Of a DNA stretch of 64,000 bases, positions 47,301 to 59,400 are shown piece by piece. The translations under genes and the position numbers were made by a program. Below the pieces are notes generated by a model. That model worked only from the letters and a program-made list of their open reading frames with translations. It ran no database searches and was not told where the DNA came from. Each line of letters opens with the position of its first letter. Position 1 is the first letter of the stretch. Source of the stretch: Trichoplax sp. H2. Its lineage: Eukaryota. The stretch covers positions 62,001 through 126,000 of the forward strand of contig NOWV01000118.1 of the NCBI GenBank assembly GCA_003344405.1. The letters are read 5' to 3'.

Positions 47301-50015
47301 ATAACAGTTGACCCTCTTTGTTCAGCTTGTCATCAAGTGATTTATGATCGTCATATTTGGCGTGTAGATAATTGTTCTTGGCATCCTAATTGTCTAAAGT
47401 GTTTCAAATGTAATATGTCACTTCAAGGATCTACCTCATGCTTCATCAAAAACAATCATCTGTATTGCAAATCCGACTATTTTAAGTAAGTGAAAAGTCA
47501 CTACATTTAGTACATTAATACTTATATCATAGATTTATCTATCGCTCTTTCTATAGGCAGTAGATTTGCAGATGTACAGTATATTATACAAATCACTAGT
47601 CCTGCAACCCGTTGCGCTGCTGACGGACTATGGCTAATAACGCTATCTATATTACACTTGCAAATACCTATATTGTTGATATGAAACAATTGTCCATTGC
47701 ACTCTTGATAGACCATTGCTATCGAAAGTTCAGTTGACGATTCTTCGACATTCCCATATCCATTTAAGAATTTTAGCATTTTGAAAATTTTTATTTACGC
47801 ATACAATGCTGCATACTTAGTGTCATTTTATAATGATGATACGAGATGTATTCATCTGGAAATGAGTCACGATCACTAGCGCCAAGAACATTAAATAGGC
47901 TTCAATAATATTCTTAATACTGCAAGATTACTAGTAAATTAGGTAGCTGACTATAGTATGATGGGAAGTAAAATTATCTCATAAATATCACAATGCGAGT
48001 AATATTTTATAGAATGGAATATCTCAATCACGCACATGTTTATATTAACAGAGATTGTATTGATGATATTTCGTTGTAAACGCGGTCACAATAAGTTCGC
48101 AATTTGCAGTATTTTACGATAATACGTCGCCCAACCATACAAGTATATTATCCTACAATAATCTTAAAGTATACGTATATAGTTTTACTACCGTATAAAT
48201 GAGGTACAAATATGTTGATTACTAACGTTAGACTTATTCAATGGTCATAATTCAAATTACCGATGATATTTACCGATAGAAAACTAAAACTTAAGATGCA
48301 AAGCAGAAGCAATTTGAAATACATAGAACTACTATGAATCCAAATAGCATTATTTTATTAATTTCGAAATTAATCTGTCAGTGATTTTAATGGTAAAACT
48401 AAAAGTTATCCTTATAAGATTAGACAACCTTAATTTAGGTCATAAAATATGAAAAATTCTAGTGCTAACAGGTTCATTTAGATGGAAATCTTCACTGGCT
48501 GCACAGGGTATAATCTAGCATTACTTTTTCAGATGAGAGTTATCACAATAGAGAAAATATCTAGTGCTTATATAGTCACTAACAATTGAATTTTTAAGGC
48601 TAGAAGAGTCTTTAAGTGAATGAGGTATATTTTTATACATAAACTACTTCAACTACATCATAAGGCATTTGGAATAATGACTATTAATGAATGATTATTA
48701 ATAATCATGCTTTTCTGTAGAATACCTTCGTTCAGTAGATTTGTATTGAAAATCACCGTTTCTGGTCGAACTTACTCGTTTAACTATTGACATGCGCTTT
48801 TATAATTAGGAGTACTTATTTACTATTATCGTATATCTATTATCTGCATTAAATAATTTATCAAATATCTATAAAAAATATTAGAATTACGTATTATATT
48901 TACGATTGATAATAGATATACTTGTCGTTATACCGTACATTTCCTTATTAATTGCTTATATACAAGTTATCAAAGAAATCTCGAAACTTTTCTCTTTCGT
49001 AGTGCATTAACTACGGTTAACGTCTTGTAACATTTTTTAAGTGACACAATTTACTCCAGATGTTTTGCGGTATTAATTTCCTAGTGCTGTATTACAATAA
49101 CAAAGTTATTTGTTTCTACATTTGATCATTTTCACATGTATAAATCTATAAAGTATTTTAGTATCATAATATGAGTCGGGCTACCATGAAAAGCATGGCG
49201 CCTACACTAGTTGTTGATAATACTGCAGTGGATACATTCTCTGATGTCGTGCGAATGCAGTGATCGGAATAATATTGTAAAATCTTAGAGCTATAACCTA
49301 ACATAGCGCTGCTATTGAACATTACCGATAATTTACTGGAGAATTATGCAAGAAATTTTGCAATCTGTTTATCAGTGATAATAACATTGAATAAACGATT
49401 ACTAGTTAGTGACTTTCAGGGGGATAGATGCTAAGCTTATTTTCGTTAGATAACATAATTTGATGGTTGTTGTTAATACCGTTATCTATGGCGTATAGGT
49501 AGTTTTATAGAAAGGCATGGTTTTATAATATTATCCATGTACTATTGACTGAAATTATTACAACTGTACTACAAAATGATTGATTTTTCAAAATAAAGTT
49601 AGGTTTAGTTTTGTCATAGATAATCTAGAACTTTACCTTAACCTTCTGACGATGGGAATGTTGTCAGTATATAGTATCATTTCGTAGATAGATACGAAGG
49701 AGGATAAACATGCCAGTAGACTCGCTGTGTTGTAGCTTTTCAATCTATAGCAAACACATTGTAAAATCTTGTCCATTTGCTATCGATAGGGAGTTTGGCG
49801 TTAAATGCTCTCGCTGTAAACGTTACATAACATCGGATGATTGGATTAGGCGCGCTAAAGATAATGTGTACCATTTGGCTTGCTTCGCTTGCGATGATTG
49901 CAAACGGCAACTATCAACTGGTGAAGAATTTGTTTTGAAAAATAATCGTTTGTTATGTCGATTACATTATGTCGAACAAGAAAATTCGGGCGAAGATAGT
50001 ATTCCATTAGAATAG
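47301..50015 (+). CDS. Lhx6/8: Lhx6/8 (arrowhead)-like two-LIM gene, apparently lacking a homeodomain; start exon not identified; could be a pseudogene
   Basis: Exon 47301-47485 (ttttag|ATA...AA|gtaagt) encodes CSACHQVIYDRHIWRVDNCSWHPNCLKCFKC...SCFIKNNHLYCKSDYF. Exon 49790-50015 encodes EFGVKCSRCKRYITSDDWIRRAKDNVYHLACFACDDCKRQLSTGEEF...LCRLHY, matching the Lhx6/8 signature DWxRRA...YHLACFAC..CKRQLSTGEEF. In-frame TAG at 50013-50015. I found no WFQN-coding sequence on + before the Lmx 3' end. Confidence 0.82.
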
Positions 50016-51774
50016 AACAACGGCTACTGATATAGGTAAGCATCAAGCTGATTTAATGAGTCATTTAATAAAATTTATAATCTTGATAAATCAAATTACA
50101 AATTTTTATTTGGATCTAACCTAAGAGGGGTATGAATATTATAGCCACAAATTGGAATATAATATTCTCATTAAATAATGCATAGTACTTTTTTTGAATA
50201 GCATAAACCGAATGGAATCACAGTGCCGCTGAAAGTAAGAAAATTGGCGTGTTCCATAAGTATAAGCTTCTCATGGTATCCAGCTTATACGAGTATAATT
50301 ATTCTCCGAAGAGGGGGCTGTCTTTTAAGACAATTAATATGTTGATATTTCGTAATAAAGTGTACTTTTTACGTTGAATCTAACCATGGCATCTTTAATA
50401 TATATTATTTTAAATTATCATATGAGCGATGCATTAGCAACTTTGGATTTTATGAGCGTGGCAAATGACATCGTCATAATTTTTTGTTAGTCTGTGACAT
50501 GTTATGCTATTGATAAATTATTAATTGTCTAGTGCTACATGCAGACTTGTTGCAATTGCGTACCATATTGTCCAAATACAACAGCTATTAAAATATTCTC
50601 TTAAAATGTAACTATGCATGATTCCATGCATTAGGTATACACACATCTGGGCCAAGTATTATGTAATTACCTATAAATATTAGGTAATGCCTCACTGTGT
50701 AGATTGCATGCAGCTAGATGTTACGTATATTAAAAAGCTGCTTATCTTTTAGATTTATTAATAATTATTAAAGGTAATCATTAACGAATTAATATAATTT
50801 AATCAAGATATTTGATATTGCAATTTGAAGATGGCATTGGTGATAATAACAAATCTAATCTTGAACCAAAGTTACTTTTTTTATAAAATTGTTACAAATA
50901 CCATTCAACATTTATCCGCTATTAGTTCCACTATAACTTATCTTTGATTACCCATTTCTACTAATGTTATTGCTGAAGGATCTTAAAATATTAATTCATT
51001 TTCTGTATAATATTCCTTAACTTATTATTATTAATTGAGCAAAATTGATCACAGAAAGTTGTTGAAAGATATCATCTCAAGGCTCCATAATTTCAAGTGG
51101 TATCAATTCATCTCATTAAAATATGGTTTAATATGTTCGTGCTTGTATATTAATATCATTTCACATTGTCAATATTTTACTCACTCTATTTGCCTAATTT
51201 GCTTCTTTATCTGCGTGTATGTTGTAATTTTATGCTAGAAGACGTTCAACTTTTAGTTTTTTATACAGTGTAAAATCGACGAGTATTGTTCCTCTCCATT
51301 AGTCTTTTGAATACTCGTATTTATGCAGTTGTACTTATGAATGAAACAAGTTAATAACATTTCGTTGACACTGTCGTTTTTTCAATCAATAAAACGACGG
51401 ATTATCTGATATATGCGCGGTATGGAAATCTCTTTATGCACTACATGAGCTCATATCAGTTACGATTAGCTAACCCCTATTGAAGAATCATATATTTCCA
51501 CATTACTTGACTACAATCTCAAATAGGTGTTGTGCCTTGAATAATAACAAAAATCATCAGGAAGGTGCCGTACCAGTAGGCATCTTTGCATAGTATGAGG
51601 TAAGTAGCGGATAATAGAGAGCAGGACTACATCTAATAAGTAAAAGATGCACATAGTCATAGTTTAATGTGCTTTATAGTTTGCATAGTAGTGGTATACT
51701 AGTACATTAGAGGTCCTATATCCAGTAGATATTTACGTATACTGTCTATCTGTGTATCTTTATGTAGAATCGCA

Positions 51775-52300
51775 AACGTAAATTAGAAATTTTACTGGTG
51801 CTAATTGATGTAGGGTACATGTCTTTAGTAGCTCTGGCATATTGCTCCTTTAGCCATAATGGGTGCTATTAGTGTTTTTGACATTTACCTACTTGATATA
51901 CGGTAAGGTATCTCTAGAGTAAATTAGAAATTATACTAGTGCTAACTGATATAGAGTACATGTCTTTACTAGCTCTAGCATATTGCTCTATTAGCCATGA
52001 TAGTGTTAATAGTATTAATAGTGTTTTAACATTTATATCTTTGATATAAAGGATCTCTAGTATAAATGAAGAATCATACCGGTGCTAACTGATATAGAGC
52101 ACATGTCTTCACTAGCTCTAGTATATTGTCTTGTTAGCCATGATGGATGTGAGGAGTGTTATTGACGTTTTATGACGTTTATCCATTAAATTAAAGATCT
52201 TTAGTGTAAATTAGAAACTGTACCGGCGCTCCCTCATGCCCAGCACATATCATCAGTAGCTCCAACAGATTGTATCATTACCATAGTGCTGTAAGCGTTA
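51775..52300. repeat. Tandem repeat, ~4 copies of ~143 bp
   Basis: taaattagaaat ... ggtgctaactgatatagagtacatgtcttt ... tagctct ... atattg ... tagccat recurs near 51779, 51920, 52063 and 52207. Confidence 0.85.
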
Positions 52301-53088
52301 ATAGTATAGTTAGAATTTAGATACCTGGATAAAAGTGATCTTTCGTCCTCTACATTAAATGTGTAGTTCGATATAGATTTCGATCACAGAAAACGCTAGG
52401 TAAACTCCTAAACACTTCAATAATAATTATTAGTATTCTACGATAAACAATTATTAAATTGAGTTTCATTGCCAGCGAATCGCCTCGTGTAAGATAATAA
52501 GAACAAAGTTGTACTGTGAATACCAACAACGGCGTTACTATATATTAAAGTANNNNNNNNNNNNNNNNNNNNAGGAGTGTTATTGACGTTTTATGACGTT
52601 TATCCAATAAATTAAAGATCTTTAGTGTAAATTAGGAACTGTACCGGCGCTCCCTCATGTCCTGCACATATCATCAGTAGCTCCAACAGATTGTATCATT
52701 ACCATAGTGCTGTAAGCGTTAATAGTATAGTTAAAATTTAGATACCTGGGTAAAAAGTGATCTTTCGTCCTCTACATTAAATGTGTAGTTCGATATAGAA
52801 CAGTTTAAGCATATGGGCTTGGATCAATAAATTCCCGAATTCTCTATACTAAATTTTTATAGACCTTAACCGGAAAAGCTCGCAGATCCTGTACTAAGTT
52901 CGTGGAGATATTTCAACAATCACAGAAAACGCTAGGTTAACTCCTAGACACTTCAATAATAATTATTAGTATTCTACGATAAACAATTATTAAATTGAGT
53001 TTCATTGCCAGCGAATCGCCTCGTGTAAGATAATAAGAACAAAGTTGTACTGTGAATACCAACAACGGCGTTACTATATATTAAAGTA
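52152..53088. repeat. Duplication across a 20-N gap (52152-52552 vs 52573-53088); probable uncollapsed haplotypes differing by a ~115 bp indel
   Basis: Both copies start aggagtgttattgacg and end atatattaaagta. About 52800-52915 is present only in the second copy. Confidence 0.88.
52553..52572. other. Assembly gap (20 N)
   Basis: Run of n characters. Confidence 0.99.
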
Positions 53089-55728
53089 TACATTAATTAG
53101 AGGCAATCATTTGTAAAATTGCCTGTAAATCAATACTACTAGACTTGCTTTGCTGTAATATAACTGGAATCAAATTAGAAATATTCTCTTGGAAGTATTT
53201 ACAGAAGAAGCCCACGGTCGTAGATTACGATATGCTCCCATACCCATTAATTTGCCACGCAGCGATGATTCATTACTACATTCTTAGACAGGAAAGCGAA
53301 AAAAGCCCTTAGCATTAAATAGCTTAGATTATATTTCCTAGTACATCGCTTACATTGTGTAAAAATGTTTCTGCTTCGAAAACGCCTATAAAAGTATACG
53401 TGCAGTATGTATCTAGTCATACATGGTTGCATTCTAGGCGGATTAATCCGATTGTTGTCTAGCCCCCACGGTCTGAAATATCAGCATAAAGATTGCTTGC
53501 ATGACATTTAGAATCTCAAGTATTTACGTAGTATGAAAGTACAGTAAAGATCAGTAAGCACTATCAAAGTAACTGTGTTTGATAGTTGGATTTCTCGTGG
53601 TGGTGTAAATTTTCGTGAATAAGTTTATGTGACTTGAAAGCCTTATGTTTCTAGTTCCGAACCATGTATTAACTATAAATATTAATTTTTAGACATCGAA
53701 AATATCTCACTATGAAATTGATTATTTTAAATAGTCGCTTGTTCACTATTGATTCGATCTGCTTCTAACTACGTTTAGTAACGAAATTCTGAAAACAGGA
53801 ATGCCAAATTGGATGTTAAATTTTTCCTTGAAGATTGATATATCGATAATCACCGTTAGTAATACAACAACGTCTCGTCGTCCGCATGTCTTCGTACTGA
53901 TTACTGTTAATGACACATCACAGTAATTAATCAGTTGTATTTCGTTCAGCTGATTTTCTTGGTAGTTTCGAAGATTATACACTTAATAGCAAGGGTAATA
54001 ATCAATTCGTGAAGGTGTGAAGAATAACACCGGATAACTAGTTTACGAAAATATAACCATTCATTTAGAATTTACTGACGATGCTTTCATACCTTAAATT
54101 ATTCTTAACGAAAAAATTGATTTCGTATTGCTATAAATGGTACGGTAAGATAGTCCTAACAGAAACTATCGTATCATCAGTTCCGATCTTCTACCTGAGT
54201 TCTACATATTAGTTGGATGTACTGTAGCTTAACTCATTTTAAATGCGTCGTTTTCCCGATTATAATTCATTTCACGGAGATAAAGTTCATGAAGACAAAG
54301 TTAAAACTGTGATGTTCAAATATTTATAGAATATTTTAATCAATGATTAGGATTGTATATATATATATATACTGATTCAATCAATTACATATTTTATAAT
54401 TCTTCACAGATATTGTTATTTGTAATAATACTTCAGAATCTGTACATTTAAAGATACAATCACCAACTGAAAGGTGAATCACGAATGTTAAAGCTAACTT
54501 GGGCTTTTAAATTTGGAAATGAAAAGATAACGTCTAAAGTTCACACTTTACAACATTAGTGGAGAAATTCAGCAATCTGACAAATCCTTAAGCGTGTAAA
54601 AAGTTAGAGTTAAGCACCCCTAGAATACACGTGATGCAATTGCAGGTGTTGTCATAAGATCATAAGAAAAAGTACAGTACAAGTTATAAATATACATTAG
54701 AGTGGAGTATTATTCCATGTATCTACTAATAGTACCAGCTATGCAGAAAAGGATGTATTATGGCATGCCTACTTATATCAGTTATATGACCTGCTAAAGG
54801 ATCATAAGTATCAATAGCAAATCACAACTTCAGAAAGTTATGGGCATGGTTTGTTATCTTCGGTTTTCTAGCATTAAAACTGTTGTACATTGAGCATAAT
54901 ACTATTCTGGAAGTTATGCTACATTAAATGCAATGTAAAAGCTATCCATTGATAATATAATTGAACACTATCGCACAATGCAGCAACGATCTAAGTGATT
55001 TATGTTAAAAGTGCTAAACGGTAATGATCCTGGAATACATTACTGTCTAACTTATGTCTAGAAACATTCTCGGTAATAATTGCTGATCGCCATAAGATGA
55101 GATTGATGTAGTTCAAAATAATTATACAAAGAGATTTGGTTAATTTTAAGTAATTTCGTCAGTTATGGAAATACATATTTATATTTTGAATCACCATAAA
55201 TTATAGGTACTATTACTTCAAAATTAAAAAATTAAAAAATTTTTCCGATAATGTGTATGATTATGGGCCTTTAAAAAAAGCCAATCGATGTCCTAGTATA
55301 AATTCTCACACTTATAATAGTCTTGAAATGCTGCTGTATTAATTCCGTTATAATAGAAATAACACGGTGATTTGGGCTAGTTAATTTAGAAATTGTAGAC
55401 GGTCTGTTTTAAGTTGAAAAACAAGATATTTCTTTCCAATCGCTTGGCTGCGTAGATCAAAGCATTCCTTTCTTCACCATAATCGATAGACTGTAAATAG
55501 AATTGATCATGAATTAGCAATTGCGTTTATTCAATTCACCTTACAGAAGTAATGGGTCAAAATAAAAAAAGGAACCATTTATCAAATATTGCTAAAGCTG
55601 CTTTTGAGCATTTTTATGATGGAAATGAAAATGAAAAATCTGTAATTAAGAAAGACATCTAGTATATTATACGCTCATTGATTTACAATTTTTACGACTC
55701 ATTTTGAATCAGTGTTAAGCTAGTCTAC

Positions 55729-56422
55729 CTAGTCTTGTTTATTTCCTGAATATTCTCCAGCGTCTGAGCTATCGGAATCTTTCATGTCACCTAGTAAATT
55801 GGTATTAGGAGAAATACAGCAATAGTATTACTACAACAACGATAAAAAATATCATACTGTATGCCTGCAATAGTTTACTAAGGGGCCTCAGATCCTTTAT
55901 GATACTCTAATTTAAGACACCTACTTTGACTGGAATTTTCATCACGATAAGAATATTTTCGATATCCTTTATGACTTCTAGTTCCTTTCGTTTCCTGATT
56001 TTCTTTTTTCAACTACAGGAATTGACAGGTAATGTTATAATAATACAGTCATGATAACTAAATTCTGAAATTGCAATACAGGCTATTTACTTTTGCTCGT
56101 TGATTTTGAAACCAGACTTGAACTACTCGAGCGCTTAGTCCTGTTTTACGTGATAATTCATCTCTAACCTATTGGAGCGAAGGTAAGAAGCATATCAAGC
56201 AAAATGGTCTGAACCTTGACTACTAAACTAGGCGGACCAATTATTAAGTTACTGTGCTTGTTTAATGTAAAGTAACCTCTTTGCCAGGTTTAGAACTTTT
56301 CTCAAAAGAATCATGAAATAATTTTCTCTGTTGAGGGTTTAATACAGTTCTTTGCCTTTTGGCATTATTGGATTGGTCTTCGTAACTATCTGTTTTCCTT
56401 TTATTATCCATTGATGGAGAAC

Positions 56423-56453
<31 letters not shown>

Positions 56454-59400
56454 TTCTAATATAGCCAGCGATAAATCAGCATTTACTAATATAAAAATAT
56501 TAATCAATGATGGCAACCCATTCTATAGACTTTCTATCGATGCTACGTTGACCATTCTTTAACATACCTATGTCTTCTTCATTCCATGCTACGTTAGCAA
56601 AGGAGGGATTGGTAATTTTGTCATAATCAGCTCTACAATACAACTTTGTATCTTTTAATATATATTCATCACCACGCTTAAGTTGTCGTTTACAAATTTG
56701 GCAGAAAAAACATGTAACATGATAAACTTTCTTGAGAGCTTTCATGACTAATTCTTGCTTCGAAGCAATAATGCGACCACAGCCATCGCATCGAGTACCA
56801 AACAGCCTACAGTGCAATATTCGATAATTTGAAACGTGTATTACAAGCAAGGAAAAAATAACCTTAAAATAGTAAATTAGAGTATTATTGCTCGCTCATT
56901 TTCAAGGAATAGCTTTTAGCTGATGTTAAAATTAACAAATTCAATTATATGGCATGAACGGTAATGCTTAAATGATTTACTTCTACAGTGAAATGGAAAC
57001 AATAATTTCAACCTAATATTTTAGACGTGAATAAGTTATTCTATAATCTTGTAACAACGTCCGTGAGCAATTTTGTAGTTTATGGCGTAAATTCAAAACG
57101 AATTTCATTGATAGAGAAACATATCAGGGGATACTGTGAGGACTAAGTGGGTAAATTACTAAAAAAGGTTTCCAGACTGAGTTGCTTATAGAATAAGGAA
57201 AATAGCAATAAGATTATACGTTAAGGATGGTCTCGAAAGTGGTTATATAAATAAATGATTAGAATTTTACTAACTTTCATCAATTACGGTTCGTTTCTAT
57301 CCACAAAATCTTTCATTATTACGTAATACTGTAGGAATATATGCAAATTCTTAGAATATGCTATCATTGTTCCATCATCCTATCCATTTTCAATATACAG
57401 AACAGGTATTGCAGGATGGAGAATGTTTATCGTTTCAATGAAGAAATAACTGTAGCTGTCTGAATACCGATAATAGACAGTATTAATTGAATTGCTTTAA
57501 GTCTTATTTCAATTTTCTGGTTGAATGTTTCTGAATCACTAATGATGGCTACGATATTGAATTTAAAAGATTGACAGATATTGTTAAATAGTCTACTTGA
57601 CAAGATGTTGCCAAATAGACCAGTAATCTGTCAAAGTAAATATATTTATGTAGATTATGAAATGGAAATGATAAAGAGAATGAATTGAAAGGCTAAATTT
57701 AAATATCACCTGGAGTAGACCATCGCCTCTCCAATTAATTGTGGTTTACAGTGAATGGGGTAGCTAGATGATTTATAATCGTTTCAGTAAACACTGACTG
57801 AATATTTCAATGTACACTAGCCACAGTATTTTTTTATACCCTACTAATTTGTCTGGTATTATTCTTCTCCAGTAGATCTAATAAATTATTACATTATATG
57901 TCCAATAATTATAATAAGTACATTATTATCCCAGACGACAAAAATTAAAATATTGGAGTCTTATTATGATCCGTTTGTTACGGCTAATTAGAATTATCGG
58001 TTATTAGTTTATATTAAAAAATAGATAGGAGACGCAAGTGATGATATGAAGATTCAGGCTTAAGCAGGGGTGTTAATTTCATCGCGTGACAAAATTTAAG
58101 CGATATCACTATTAGAATATTAGATAAACTAAAGCTAAGTTGGTTTTATATTTTTTTTAGCATATGCTATTTGAAATAGTCAATTTTATAGTTTGAAGGG
58201 ATCACTAATGGCTTACATGATTTCATATTGACGATGCTAATGATTCAGTTTCGAAACTTAAATAAATTTTAAGAGTTACCTTTATTTGTGAGCAAAAATA
58301 AATAAGCTGTAAATGATGATGACGATAACGAAGAAGGTAATTGCGATCAATATTGCAATTCCATACTAGCGAGTATTGTCACATATTGTAATGCCCGTAA
58401 AAGCAGCCAGTTTTAATATAACGATGAATATTGTAAGAACGATCTAGGAACCATAGTATTATGTTCTTAATGTTTTAAGTACACAATAAAAACTGATCGA
58501 TAGTTTTCTTTCAGTAGGTAGGCATAATTATCCTATTATCGATATCTACGTGTTTGATGAAATATAGATATTGTATGTTTTGATAATTTTAAAAGTATAA
58601 GTGATGCAGATGATCAAATTTGCACCTCCTTTCGAAAAGGTTGATCAATGTAGAATGTAGTGTAGTTGTCGTCAATGGCTTACCAGTAAATGGAACAATA
58701 AAAAGACAACCAATGAAACGGATAAAAGAAGTTATTTAAAAGAATTGTTAATAGCAAGCATACTGTACGTTGGTATAGTAATGTTCTATCTAACTAGAAT
58801 AGTGAAACTGTATTATCTTGCCAACAAGAGCAACCATGATCGATGATGGAAGTATATTGAAAAATGAATGAAAACGAATTGAAAGGAAGCAAAATGGACT
58901 AAAATAATTTAGGAAATATCAACCTCGTCATAAGAAGTCTATTCGATGTCTGTGTATGCATATCAACATCTAGAAGTGAGTTAGTTACCATGACATAGCC
59001 ATTATGTACCTAGTAAATAGTGAGTTATTCTTTATAATACTTAGATAATATATTATAGAATTGGACTTCCTAAAAATTACTACAGGACATCCACTTATTA
59101 GGAAACTATACATTACACCATTATTGATATGTAGTTGTTAGAGTAGTGATCATATGATTGAGTTAACCAAAATAAATAGTGAAAAATTGGCTTAGAAAAT
59201 ATGCTTTTATCGCCGGTTCAGTAATGCTAATTATCAAGATCTATATGAGAGACGTGGTATGATTGATGAGATTTTACCTTTCTCAATACTTTATAATCAT
59301 TACTGCAGTATTGATCACAAACAGAAAATATCTTATTGTTTAGGCAGCAGTATATATATATAAATTACATTATCATTGGACATAAAAATGCTCATGTAGA

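Noticed and set aside
50202-50234. AG/GT-bounded 33-nt segment downstream of the Lhx6/8 LIM2 exon
   Set aside because: It contains a stop in phase 1 and has no homeodomain similarity; at most a 3' UTR exon.
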